29,184 nt of DNA from Candidatus Fervidifonticultor secundus (GCA_031459385.1 JAVKIP010000027.1:1-29184); one strand, 5' to 3'; shown: positions 1 through 9,106, counted from the first letter of the stretch. Numbers and translations: made by a program. The notes: generated by a model not told the origin, from the sequence alone.

Positions 1-858
1 CCGGCGCTGCAACGCCGCAGGCAGCGCGCACAGTGCGGCCGCGTCGATCGTCACGCGGCTGCGCCGGCGCCGCAGCACTCCGCGGGCGGCCTCGGCGGCC
101 AGCGTCTCGAGGAGCAGCGCGTCGTCGGCGGCCTGCACCGCCAGACGCCGCACCACCGCCTTTACCCCGGGGTTATACCCTTGGAGGACGGGCAGCAGGT
201 CCTGCCGGATGCGATTGCGCAGCGCGGTCCGCAACCGGTTGGTGGGATCGCGCCGCCACGGCACCCCCTCGGCCTTCAGGTAGGCCAGGACCTCGCCTCG
301 CCAGATCTCCAGCAGGGGCCGCACCACCCACAGGCCGTCGTGGCGGCGCTGGGCCGGCATCCCCGCCAGGGGATCGGCGGCCCCCCGCAGCAGGCGCAGA
401 AGCGCTGTCTCGACCTGGTCGTCGGCGGTGTGGGCCACCGCCAGACGGCGCGCACCGACCCGCCGGGCCACGCGGGCCAGAGCGGCATAGCGCAGCGTCC
501 GGGCGGCCTCCTCCAGGGTCAGGCGGTCGCGCTGCGCCCGGGCCCGGACGTCGACACGGACCACCGAGACCGGCAGGCCCCACGCGCGGGCCATGCGGCG
601 CACGAACGCCGCGTGCGCCGCCGCCCGCCGGTGCAGGCCGTGGTCGACATGCACCACGTGCAGGCGGAGCCGGAACTCCGGCGCCAGGCGGCGGAGCACG
701 TGCAGGAGGGCCATCGAGTCCGGCCCTCCGGAGACGCCGACGACCACGGCCTCGCGGCCAGCCACCAGGCCACCGCGCAGCGCCTCGCGGACCTGCTGGG
801 TAACGCGGTGCGCCACCGACCGGTCAGGCATCGCGATCGTCTCGGCCGCCCCAGGCAT
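1..858 (-). CDS. tilS: tRNA(Ile)-lysidine synthetase TilS, 3' end runs off the window
   Basis: Minus-strand frame open to position 1 (absent from the ORF track). Translation contains VVVGVSGGPDSMALL (PP-loop), HVDHGL, EEAARTLRY, AHTADDQVET, VRPLL, DPTN and RNRIR. ATG at 858 has GAGG upstream; alternative in-frame ATG at 831. Confidence 0.95.
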   Translation of the reverse strand, partial: MPGAAETIAMPDRSVAHRVTQQVREALRGGLVAGREAVVVGVSGGPDSMALLHVLRRLAPEFRLRLHVVHVDHGLHRRAAAHAAFVRRMARAWGLPVSVVRVDVRARAQRDRLTLEEAARTLRYAALARVARRVGARRLAVAHTADDQVETALLRLLRGAADPLAGMPAQRRHDGLWVVRPLLEIWRGEVLAYLKAEGVPWRRDPTNRLRTALRNRIRQDLLPVLQGYNPGVKAVVRRLAVQAADDALLLETLAAEAARGVLRRRRSRVTIDAAALCALPAALQRR

Positions 859-870
859 CGCGGTCGCCTC

Positions 871-905
871 AAAGAAAGGCCGGCGGCCTCTACGGACCGC
901 CGGCT
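871..905 (-). terminator. Intrinsic terminator after the tRNA
   Basis: Minus strand GCCGGCGGTC-cgtaga-GGCCGCCGGC followed by CTTTCTTT. Confidence 0.75.
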
Positions 906-912
906 TCACGCG

Positions 913-989
913 TGGTGGCGGCGGGGAGACTCGAACTCCCGACTCCGCGGGTATGAGCCGCGTGCTCTGACCAGCTGAGCTACGCCGCC
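913..989 (-). tRNA. tRNA-Met(CAT), elongator type, CCA encoded
   Basis: 77-nt cloverleaf GGCGGCG-TA-GCTC...GAGC-A-CGCGG-CTCATAC-CCGCG-GAGTC-GGGAG-TTCGAGT-CTCCC-CGCCGCC-A-CCA. G1-C72 is paired, so not initiator. G4-C69/G5-C68 and C38 resemble elongator Met rather than Ile2. Confidence 0.93.
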
Positions 990-1000
990 ACAGCGGCTCC

Positions 1001-1029
1001 ATTATAGCCGTCGGCCCGCGGGCCGTCCA
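1001..1029 (-). promoter_or_regulatory. sigma70/sigmaA-type promoter for the tRNA
   Basis: TGGACG-17 nt-TATAAT, with the -10 about 11 nt upstream of the tRNA 5' end. Confidence 0.7.
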
Positions 1030-1062
1030 CGCGGCCGCCCGGCGACCTCGCAGTCGCGGCGG

Positions 1063-2829
1063 CTAGGGACACGACGACGCGCCACCGGGCGCGACGGTCA
1101 GGACCGGCTGGCCGGCCTGCGACCCCGTCCCATACGTCTGCACCGTCACTATGGTCGAGGTCGTCTGGCCGTTGTAGATAAAGACGTTGTCCGTCCGGCC
1201 GTAGAGGTCTCCCGTGTTCACCGTCCCGCCCCCGTCGGCGTCCTGCCACACGAACACGCTCTTGACGCCTGTCGGCGCATTCGAGATGGTGAAGCTCCCG
1301 GTCGATGACACCGCGGCCATCGGGCTCTCGCGCGTGATCGTGGTCCCGCTGACGACGCCGGTGAAGGCGCACTGTCGGGTAGGGCCGGTCCCAGCACCGA
1401 TGGCCAGATCGGCCCGCACCAGGCCCCACCCCGTCTGCGTGTCAAATCCGTTCGTCCCGAGATCGCGGGCAGTCGACTGCAGCACCGACTGGATGTTGGA
1501 GGGCCCGGTCACCCCCCGCGAGATCATGAGGGCGATCACGCCGGCAACATGCGCGGTCGCCATCGACGTGCCCTGGAAGCCCGCGAAGACGTCGCCCGTG
1601 GTCGGGCTCCACGACGGGCTCCACACGAAGAACGTGCCGTCGCCGCCCGGGGCCATCACATCGAGCTCGGGGCCACAGTTGGAGTACGATGCCCGATCCG
1701 GCGGGCTGGTGTTCCCCGTGGCGCCAACGGCGATCACCAGCGAATGGCTGGCAGGGTAGGCGATCGGCCCGCAGCCGTCGTTGCCAGCCGCGGCGACGAT
1801 CGTCACGCCGAGCCCCACGGCGTAGGAGATGGCGCTGTTCAGCACGGTGCTCGTACCGCCGCCCAGGCTCAGGTTGATGACCTTTGCGCCGTGATCCGCG
1901 GCATACACGATGGCCTGGGCGATGTCGGAGTAGGTCCCCACGCCGCACTCCGGCCCACCGTCAGCCGGCAACAGCTGGCCCAGGACGCGCAGGGGCATGA
2001 TGCGCGTGGCCGCCACGCCGCCCCAGTTCACGCCGGCGCCATCGGCGGCGTTGTTGGTGCGCGCGGCGACCGTCCCGGCCACGTGCGTGCCGTGGCTGAG
2101 TTCACCGGGATTCACATTGGGACACCCGGGGTCGGTGGGATCGGGATCCTGCCCATCGCCATCGCCGTTTCCGGCGTAGGAGACGAAGTCATAGCCCGGC
2201 ACGGTGACGCCGCTGGAAAACTCCGGGTGCGTGAAGCGGAGCCCCGTGTCCAGCACGGCGACGATGACGGCGCCGCCCGTCGTCACGTCCCACGCCGCCG
2301 GCAGGTTGATCTGCCCGTAGTGCCAGGCCTGAGAGCCGTACTGCGGGTCGGTGGGCATGGCAAAGGCATAGGCGTACCCATCCTGCTCCGCGTACTCCAC
2401 CAGGGGCGAGGCCCGGTAGGCGGACAGTGCGGCCGCCATGGCCACGCCCCGCTGGAGCTTCACCACCTGGAAGTCGATCCGGGGAATTGTGCGAACCGCC
2501 CCGCCTCCTGCCTGCGTGTGCAGGGCGTTGGCCGCCGCCGGGGGCGTCGCCGCCCTGAACCTGACCAGCAACTGGTCCGGAACGAGCGCAGGGCGCCCCC
2601 GCAGCGCCCGCGCGCGGACGGTGGGCCCGGCCGGCCTGGCACTCTGCGAGCGGGCTGTCGCCCCGGCAACGGCGGTGCCGGCGACCGTGCCGAAGCCGCC
2701 CGGGGACGGCGTAGGGCTCGGTGTGGGTAGGGTCACCCCCGTCATCCCACCCCCGCACGCCGCGGCCAGGACGGCGGCCAGCGGCAGCGCCACCAGCCGG
2801 TGGACGACCCTGAGCCGCGCTGTGGCCAT
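1063..2829 (-). CDS. Subtilisin-family (S8) serine peptidase, predicted lipoprotein
   Basis: Catalytic motifs VAVLDTG, SHGTHVAG, AAAGN and GTSMA. Signal peptide ending LAAAC (lipobox). Propeptide-like region and beta-rich C-terminal domain. RBS GGAGGGAG before ATG 2829. Confidence 0.92.
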   Translation of the reverse strand: MATARLRVVHRLVALPLAAVLAAACGGGMTGVTLPTPSPTPSPGGFGTVAGTAVAGATARSQSARPAGPTVRARALRGRPALVPDQLLVRFRAATPPAAANALHTQAGGGAVRTIPRIDFQVVKLQRGVAMAAALSAYRASPLVEYAEQDGYAYAFAMPTDPQYGSQAWHYGQINLPAAWDVTTGGAVIVAVLDTGLRFTHPEFSSGVTVPGYDFVSYAGNGDGDGQDPDPTDPGCPNVNPGELSHGTHVAGTVAARTNNAADGAGVNWGGVAATRIMPLRVLGQLLPADGGPECGVGTYSDIAQAIVYAADHGAKVINLSLGGGTSTVLNSAISYAVGLGVTIVAAAGNDGCGPIAYPASHSLVIAVGATGNTSPPDRASYSNCGPELDVMAPGGDGTFFVWSPSWSPTTGDVFAGFQGTSMATAHVAGVIALMISRGVTGPSNIQSVLQSTARDLGTNGFDTQTGWGLVRADLAIGAGTGPTRQCAFTGVVSGTTITRESPMAAVSSTGSFTISNAPTGVKSVFVWQDADGGGTVNTGDLYGRTDNVFIYNGQTTSTIVTVQTYGTGSQAGQPVLTVAPGGASSCP

Positions 2830-2842
2830 CGTTCTCTCCCTC

Positions 2843-3514
2843 CTACGGTGTCGCGACCCGGATCTCGCCGCCGGTGATGTCAAACGCCGCCTGCGGCGCA
2901 TCCCCCCGCGGGTCGCGCACCGGCACGAACAGGTCTCGCCGGAGGTCCACCGTCACGAAGCCGAACCGGTCGCCGGCGCCCGGGCCCAGCGCGTCCAGGG
3001 GCCGGTTCGCCCCATCCACCGTTACGAAGTTCACCATCACCCGGGTCGGGGGCGTCGGGCTCACCCGCAGGTCGGCCAGCGGCACGCTCACCCGCAGGCT
3101 CTGCCCGTCGGGCAGCACCTGCCCGAAGAGGAACGGCGCGGGCGGCCGGATGACGACAAACCCGAACGGCTGGACGGTCTGCGGCGGCACGACCCCGAAG
3201 AAGAAGCGGCCGTCGCGGAACACCACGTAATGCGTCCAGTTCGTGCTGTCGGGCTGGGGACCCTGCAGCAGCGAGTCGCTGACGGTGAACGCGATATAGT
3301 AGGCGCCGCCTGTCGTCTGCACCGGCCCGGCCAGCGCCATCGTGATGACCAGCTGGGGCCCGGACTGCGCGGCGACCGGCCTGAGCGCCAGGGGGGCGAG
3401 CGCGATGAGTAGCGAACTGCCCGCCAGCACGGCGCGCCGGGCAGGCGCCCGCCACGACCGGTGCGCAGCAGTCCCGCCGCTGGCCGTCGCCACCGCGGTT
3501 CGGGACTGCCTCAC
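2843..3514 (-). CDS. Secreted hypothetical protein, beta-rich, possibly DOMON-like
   Basis: GTG start overlaps the lptD stop (GTGA). Signal peptide ...ARRAVLAGSSLLIALAPLALRPVAAQ. Globular composition with GC-rich third codon positions. Confidence 0.75.
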   Translation of the reverse strand: MRQSRTAVATASGGTAAHRSWRAPARRAVLAGSSLLIALAPLALRPVAAQSGPQLVITMALAGPVQTTGGAYYIAFTVSDSLLQGPQPDSTNWTHYVVFRDGRFFFGVVPPQTVQPFGFVVIRPPAPFLFGQVLPDGQSLRVSVPLADLRVSPTPPTRVMVNFVTVDGANRPLDALGPGAGDRFGFVTVDLRRDLFVPVRDPRGDAPQAAFDITGGEIRVATP

Positions 3515-5613
3515 GGGCGCACCGGGGCCGGCTGCGTGAACCACCACGGCTGGGTGAACACCAGGGTGCCCTGCGAGCCGATCCCGATCTGTTCGCGGGC
3601 CCAGGGCAGCGCCACCAACCATGCCTCCATCCACACCTCCCGTGTCGTCCCGCGGTACGTAAGCGCCGTCGCCAGGCAGTCGTACCAGATCCGCGTCACC
3701 GAGACGCGGTCGTGCAGCACCTGCCCGGTCGTGCCGTCGTAGAAGCCAGCATAGCTCACGTGCCAGTCGGTCCCCAAACGCACCTCGGCAGCGAGTTCGG
3801 CGCGGGTCACCCCGCCCGCCGCCGGATCGTACAACAGCGCCCCGCCGATCACCCGGTCGGCACGCGGCGCGTAGAGGACGCGCGCCGTGACCGGGTTCCA
3901 CCGCCCCGCGCCGGCATCGTAGGCGCCGGTCACGGTGGCGTGCACGTCCGGCCGCCGGAACGCGATGCCGACGTCGGCCTGGGCCAGACGCGCCGGCAGG
4001 GCATCGAACTGAAACGGCGTGCGGCCGACCTGGTCCTGGTACGTGATGCCCATCTGTGCCTGCCAGGCCGCCCCGAACGCCCGGGTGTAGTCGAGGCGGC
4101 CCGCCAGCAGTCCGCGCACATCGCCCGTCGAGTAGTAGATCCCCCGGATCTCGGCGCGCAGCGACAGGGCGTCGCGGTCCGTGGTGCGCAGCGTGCCCGT
4201 CACCGTGACGGCTCCGTCAGCTCGTGCGGCGTCGACGACCGCGGGCCCCGCCTGGGTTTCGCGGAACCGACCCATCCCGCCCTGCACCTGATACACCAGG
4301 CGCGTCCCGCTCAGCGCCACCGGATCGCCAATCACGGTGAGCTCGGGCAGGCGCTCGACACCCAGCCGCACGTCGGATGGAAACCCCGCGCCGTCCAGGT
4401 CGATCCGCGCCTCGGCCGTGAGGGCAGCGGTGTACCCCGGGCCGCGGTAACGCAGCGACAGGCGCGGGAGCAGTTCGTCGTCGGTCCCCAGGGCCGTCGC
4501 GGCCCGCGATCCGTCCATGCTCAGTTCAGCCCACAGGCGGTCGGAGAGGGCTCGCCCGTGAATCGCGCGTCCCGCGTAGACCATGGAGAACACGCCGGCG
4601 CCGTCGAACCGCGCGTAGGTCTGGTAGAGCGTGGTCGCGTGCCTGGCGGCCGGCAGATGGGCGTCGAGGGCCACGAACAGATCGGTCGAGGGCGCCACGG
4701 GCGAGCGACGCGCGAGGTAGTCGGCGTACACCCGCGCCGAGGCCGCGCTGAACCGGTGCTGGTGCCACAGCGTGACCCGGCTGTCTGCGCCACCTGTCTG
4801 CTTGTTGGCCAGCCCGTAGAGGAAGGCCACGCCTTCCCCCGCCGCCAGCCGGTACGCATGCTCCACCCCGACGCCTGTCCCCAGCCGCTCGAGGTAGTCC
4901 AGGCGCAGGTACCCGTAGTGGTTCTCGCTCAGCGCGTAGGAGTAGAACGTCTTGAGGAAGTAGCCTTCGACCTCGGAGTAGCCGAGCACCGGCAGCAAGC
5001 GGCTCGCCCGCGGCTCGCGCAAGTGGATGACGAAGTACGGCCAGGTGAACACCCGGCGCCCGCCGATCCACACCGAGACCCGCCGGCCGACGATCTTGTC
5101 CCCCGGAAAGACGGTCAGTTCGTCGGCGGTCAGGTACGCGACGGGGCTCGGTCCCTCGCACGTGGTGCAGACGACCTGACGACCGGTGGTAACGCCGCCG
5201 ACAGCGCCCTCGACGACCTCCGCCCGCAGGTAGACCGCTCCCAGCACCAGCGGGCCGGTGTACGCCGCCACGGCCTGACTGAGCCGGCCCCGGCGCGTCA
5301 CCAGATTGTAGTCGAGGACCGCTCCGGATACGGCCTGGCCCTGGCGCTCGATGCGCACCCGGCCTTCGGCGCGGACGTCGTAGGTGGTGAGATCGACGCG
5401 CAGGCGGTCGGCCCGGATGGTGACATCCCTATAGCCCACGATCACGTCGCCTGTAGCCTCCAGCACGCGACGGGCCCGGTCATACCGGAACGTGCGCGCG
5501 CGCAGGCTGACCGGGATCTCCTCCTGGGGCCACGCCGGTGCCGCCAGTGCCACGATCAGCACCGCGAGCAGGCCCGAGGTCGCCGGCGCGCGCCGCAGGC
5601 ACCGGCGCCTCAC
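3511..5613 (-). CDS. lptD: LPS-assembly protein LptD-like (OstA jellyroll plus outer-membrane beta-barrel)
   Basis: Signal peptide ending AAPAWP. N-terminal OstA repeats (FRYDRARRVLEATGDV, IRADRL). TTC motif and LPVLGYSEVEGYFLK segment, then amphipathic beta-strands. GTG start overlaps the upstream stop. The N-terminal 525 aa of the 1226-aa track ORF are spurious. Confidence 0.8.
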   Translation of the reverse strand: MRRRCLRRAPATSGLLAVLIVALAAPAWPQEEIPVSLRARTFRYDRARRVLEATGDVIVGYRDVTIRADRLRVDLTTYDVRAEGRVRIERQGQAVSGAVLDYNLVTRRGRLSQAVAAYTGPLVLGAVYLRAEVVEGAVGGVTTGRQVVCTTCEGPSPVAYLTADELTVFPGDKIVGRRVSVWIGGRRVFTWPYFVIHLREPRASRLLPVLGYSEVEGYFLKTFYSYALSENHYGYLRLDYLERLGTGVGVEHAYRLAAGEGVAFLYGLANKQTGGADSRVTLWHQHRFSAASARVYADYLARRSPVAPSTDLFVALDAHLPAARHATTLYQTYARFDGAGVFSMVYAGRAIHGRALSDRLWAELSMDGSRAATALGTDDELLPRLSLRYRGPGYTAALTAEARIDLDGAGFPSDVRLGVERLPELTVIGDPVALSGTRLVYQVQGGMGRFRETQAGPAVVDAARADGAVTVTGTLRTTDRDALSLRAEIRGIYYSTGDVRGLLAGRLDYTRAFGAAWQAQMGITYQDQVGRTPFQFDALPARLAQADVGIAFRRPDVHATVTGAYDAGAGRWNPVTARVLYAPRADRVIGGALLYDPAAGGVTRAELAAEVRLGTDWHVSYAGFYDGTTGQVLHDRVSVTRIWYDCLATALTYRGTTREVWMEAWLVALPWAREQIGIGSQGTLVFTQPWWFTQPAPVRP

Positions 5614-7100
5614 GGCCGTCCGGCGGAGCCGGGGCGGATCAGGAACTCGGTCTGCACGTCGCCTTCGGCCTCCAGCGTGTCGTCGTCGAGCGACACCACC
5701 ACCCGGTCGGCTCGCAGCCGGCGACCGTCGGCCTCCTCCACGCGCACCTGTCCGGTCAGCACCAGCACGCGAGTGGCCTCGGCGTACGTCGCGCGATCCC
5801 CGGTGGCCCGCCGGTCGGGCTGCACGACCGTGACCGGTCCGACGGCCTCGAGGTCGCCGGTACGGAGCGTGGCGACCAGGCGTGCGCAGGAGAGGCGTGT
5901 GGCGCCGGCCTGCTGCTCGACCACGACCTTCCCGGTCAGCACCAGCCGGTCGCGTGGTTCGGAGTAGTCCAACCGGTCCGCCCACGCCGTGCGCCTGCGC
6001 TGGCGCACGACGACCTCTTCGTGGGCTTCCACCTCGTTTGCGTCCCAGCGCACTACCAGGCGCCGCGCGGTGACCGTCGTCTCCTCCCCGTCCGCGCCGC
6101 CCGCGGCGGCGCTCACCAGCGTGGCGCCGCCAGTGATCTCGGCGCGCCTGCTCGTGAGGTCCGCCACCAGCCGCGGGCCGCTGACGCGCGTGCCGGGCCG
6201 GTGGAGGCTGACCGACCCATCGGCGATCACCTCGCCGGTGCGGCCGTCGTGCCGCAGGCTGGCCGCCGACAGCCGCAGCGCCCCCTGCACGGCTTCCACG
6301 TCGCCCGCGGCGTCGGCGACGTCTTCCCGCAGCAGGAACCGCAGGACCGACGCCCGCACCACGAGATCGCCCTGCACGAGGCGCGCTCCGCCTGTCGCCT
6401 CCGCCACCTCGCGACGGCCGTCGTAGCGCAGCGCCGCCGCGATCAGGTGGCGGCCCCGGCCGATGGCGCGCACCGCCCCCTCGAAATGGCCGATCTGGGT
6501 CTCCTGCTCGTAGCGCACGCGGTCGGCCCGGATCTCCAGGCCGCGGACGACCAGCGCCACGTGCCCGGAGGCGTGCACGACCCGCGCGCGAGCGTCGTAC
6601 CTGATGCGGTCGGCCCGCAGCCGCCCCACCTCGCTCTCTTCCGCCTGCGCCAGGGTGAGATCGAGCACCTGGGCCTGTGCATCCCAGACAGCGGCCCGGG
6701 CCACGAGCACGCCGGCGGCCTGTGCGGTCACGCGCAGGCCGCCGGTCAGCCGCATCGCCTGTGTCTGCGGATCGACGGTGACCCGGGCCGCCTCCACCTG
6801 CAGCACGCGCGGGCCACCGTGGGCCTCCACGGCGATGGTGATCCTGGGACGCCCGCTGAGCGTCGCGGTGCGCCCGTCGGGTGTCCACTCGGCCCGATCC
6901 GCGGCGATCCGCGCGCGCAGCCGGCCGGCCTCGCGCACGACCACCTCGGCGCCCGCCAGGACGGCGCCCGGCGTCCTGTGCGGCCCCGCTCCGGCATCCG
7001 GCCGGAGCGGGCGGTCCAGCTCCGCCGGCACGACCAGCCAGGCCCCGGCGGCGGCGGCCGCGATCCCTGCCGCGAGGGCCCAGGCCAGCGACGGCTTCAC
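5610..7100 (-). CDS. Membrane-anchored LptC/LptA(OstA)-type beta-jellyroll repeat protein
   Basis: N-terminal hydrophobic anchor (SLAWALAAGIAAAAAGAWLVV) followed by about 14 repeats of about 29 aa (x-ADR-xx-YD...A-x-G-x-V). GTGA overlap with the lptF/G stop. Confidence 0.8.
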   Translation of the reverse strand: MKPSLAWALAAGIAAAAAGAWLVVPAELDRPLRPDAGAGPHRTPGAVLAGAEVVVREAGRLRARIAADRAEWTPDGRTATLSGRPRITIAVEAHGGPRVLQVEAARVTVDPQTQAMRLTGGLRVTAQAAGVLVARAAVWDAQAQVLDLTLAQAEESEVGRLRADRIRYDARARVVHASGHVALVVRGLEIRADRVRYEQETQIGHFEGAVRAIGRGRHLIAAALRYDGRREVAEATGGARLVQGDLVVRASVLRFLLREDVADAAGDVEAVQGALRLSAASLRHDGRTGEVIADGSVSLHRPGTRVSGPRLVADLTSRRAEITGGATLVSAAAGGADGEETTVTARRLVVRWDANEVEAHEEVVVRQRRRTAWADRLDYSEPRDRLVLTGKVVVEQQAGATRLSCARLVATLRTGDLEAVGPVTVVQPDRRATGDRATYAEATRVLVLTGQVRVEEADGRRLRADRVVVSLDDDTLEAEGDVQTEFLIRPGSAGRP

Positions 7101-8215
7101 GACTCCGCCCGGGCCGGCCGCCACGCTCCCGGCCCCCACCTGCGTCGCAGCCGTCCGTCCTCACCGGCAATGAGCGCGGCACCGCAGGCACAGAACAGCA
7201 GGTTCGGCGCCCAGGCCGCGAGCACAGGCGGCAGGGCGCCGGCCGCGCCCAGGGCCCGGGCTGTGGACATCACCGCGTAGTAGACGAAGAGCAGCACCAC
7301 GCTCAGTCCCACGCCCACGAATCGGCCGCCCCGTGTCGCCAGGACCGCGAGCGGCGCGCCGACCAGGGCGAAGATCAGGCTGGCCGCGGGCACGGCCATC
7401 TTGCGGTGGTACTCGATCGCCACCCGCGGCGACAGGTCGGCGCCGAACAGCCGGATCTGCCGGCGGAGTTCCCGCAGCGTCATCTCCTCGGGCGTGCGCT
7501 GTTCGACCGCGAGCGCGTCAGCCGGCAGCCCGAGCGGCAGCGTCAGCATCTCGAACGCGGCCTCGTAGCGGGTGAACCCGCGGGCGTCGAGCTCGCGCAC
7601 GACGCCGCGCCGCAGGGTGAACCCCTCCCCCGTCCAGCCCGCCTCCTCGGCGGTGATCAGCCGCGGCAGCGCGCCCGCGGGCTCGAACACCATCACGTCC
7701 TCCAGCCGGCCGGCCGTCTGGTCCACCCGGCGGATGAAGAGGACGCGCCCGCCGGGTGCCCGCAGGAAGATCTGCTCGCGCACCCGAGGCAGCGCCTCGC
7801 CGACGAGCGCCCGGCGCAGCAGCAGGCTCGCACGCTGGTTGGCCCACGGCGCCACCGCCTCGTTGATGGCAAAGGTGACCGCGCCGACGCCCAGGCCGAA
7901 GGCCAGGACGGGCACGAACACCCGGGCGGCGCTGACCCCCAGTAGCCGCAGCGCCTCGAGTTCGCGATCGCGCACGAGCCGACCGAGCCCCAACAGCGCG
8001 GCGAAGAGTGTCGCGATGGGAAAGGCCAGCACGACCATCGCCGGGAGCTTGTAGAGCAGCAGCCGCCCCACAACGGCAGGGGGCATGCGCCCGGAAACGA
8101 TATACTCCGCCAGGGTGTAGAGGATGTCGCCGACCAGGAGCACCAGGAACGCGCCGAGCCCGAGCACGAACGGCGGCGCCAGTTCCCGCAGGATGTACCG
8201 GTCGGCGGTCCGCAT
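7097..8215 (-). CDS. LptF/LptG-family LPS export permease
   Basis: MRTADRYILRELAPPF start, LGRLVRDRELEALRLLGVS, PEEMTLRELR, YHRKMAVPAASL and AAWAPNLLF are typical YjgP/YjgQ motifs. Confidence 0.92.
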   Translation of the reverse strand: MRTADRYILRELAPPFVLGLGAFLVLLVGDILYTLAEYIVSGRMPPAVVGRLLLYKLPAMVVLAFPIATLFAALLGLGRLVRDRELEALRLLGVSAARVFVPVLAFGLGVGAVTFAINEAVAPWANQRASLLLRRALVGEALPRVREQIFLRAPGGRVLFIRRVDQTAGRLEDVMVFEPAGALPRLITAEEAGWTGEGFTLRRGVVRELDARGFTRYEAAFEMLTLPLGLPADALAVEQRTPEEMTLRELRRQIRLFGADLSPRVAIEYHRKMAVPAASLIFALVGAPLAVLATRGGRFVGVGLSVVLLFVYYAVMSTARALGAAGALPPVLAAWAPNLLFCACGAALIAGEDGRLRRRWGPGAWRPARAES

Positions 8216-8279
8216 GCCCTCTCTCACTCCCGGTGCGACGCTGCGGGCGAGACAAACCCTCTTCCCGGGATGCGCGGGG

Positions 8280-8744
8280 TCAGCGCTGGATCGTGATTCG
8301 CACCGGGCCGACCTCGATGCCCCGGGCGCCACCGCGCTGCCAGCCCAGGAACGCCACGTAGACGTCGTACGTGCCAGGATCCACCTGCCGACCCTGCAGG
8401 TCGCGCTGGTCCCACGTGCCCGAGAACGTCCGGGTTTCACCGGGCGCCAGCGGGACCTCGCGGATCACCTGCAGGAACGCCTTGTCGTGCGACCACTGCC
8501 AGATCAATGCGCCGCGCTGGCGCACGATCAGGTCGAACTGCTGGCTGCTGGGGAAGGTGACCGCCACGGGGCTGGCGGCGCTGTTGACCACCCGCAGGAA
8601 GATACTCACCGGCTCCCCCCGCGCGAACGCGTCCTTGCCGACCGTCACCTGCAGGCGCAGGTCACCTACGGTACGCTCCGCGGCTGGCGGCGCGGCGCTG
8701 GTCAGCACGACCGCAAGGACGAGGCTCGCCACGAGACCAAGCAT
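8280..8744 (-). CDS. BsuPI-like (proteinase inhibitor family) secreted protein
   Basis: Motif TFPSSQQFDLIV...IWQWSHDKAFLQVIREVPLAPGE...WDQ...PGTY. N-terminal signal peptide. RBS GGAGGGAG. Confidence 0.8.
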   Translation of the reverse strand: MLGLVASLVLAVVLTSAAPPAAERTVGDLRLQVTVGKDAFARGEPVSIFLRVVNSAASPVAVTFPSSQQFDLIVRQRGALIWQWSHDKAFLQVIREVPLAPGETRTFSGTWDQRDLQGRQVDPGTYDVYVAFLGWQRGGARGIEVGPVRITIQR

Positions 8745-8802
8745 GGTTCCGCTCCCTCCCATTCCCTTACGGCGGTGGGGCCAGCCCGGTTCCGATCGCG
8801 GG

Positions 8803-8839
8803 AACCAAAACGAATCCCGCCTCCTGGGAGGCGGGATTC
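8803..8839 (-). terminator. Intrinsic terminator after rpoZ
   Basis: GAATCCCGCCTCC/GGAGGCGGGATTC inverted repeat followed by GTTTTGGTT. Confidence 0.8.
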
Positions 8840-8864
8840 CGTCTGCCGGGCCGGTCCTCCTTGG

Positions 8865-9077
8865 CTATCGGCTGACCGCCTGGAGGTGCGCGAGGTCGCA
8901 CCTGATCTTCCCGGTCGCGATCTCCTCCAGCGCGATCGTCACGGGGTTGGTGGAGTCGATGTCCACCAGGGGCAGCGCCCCCTCTTTCAGCTGCATCGCC
9001 CGCTTCGCCGCCACAATGACCAGCGCGTACTTGCTCTCGACCTGCTCCAGGAGTTCTTCCAGCGAGGGCTTGATCAC
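8865..9077 (-). CDS. rpoZ: RNA polymerase omega subunit
   Basis: MIKPSLEELLEQVESKYALVIVAAKRAMQL...NPVTIALEEIATGKI. SD GGAGGTGA spacing favours GTG 9077 over 9083. Confidence 0.95.
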   Translation of the reverse strand: MIKPSLEELLEQVESKYALVIVAAKRAMQLKEGALPLVDIDSTNPVTIALEEIATGKIRCDLAHLQAVSR

Positions 9078-9106
9078 GTACACTCACCTCCAGCGAGCAC
9101 TCCCCG

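Noticed and set aside
913..989. tRNA-Ile2 (TilS substrate) or initiator tRNA
   Set aside because: G4-C69/G5-C68 and C38 fit elongator Met. Paired G1-C72 and the lack of three consecutive G-C anticodon-stem pairs exclude fMet.
5614..7191. 1226-aa ORF suggesting a giant LptD fusion
   Set aside because: The N-terminal 525 aa are R/G/P-rich off-frame translation overlapping the real jellyroll gene. The signal peptide starts at GTG 5613.
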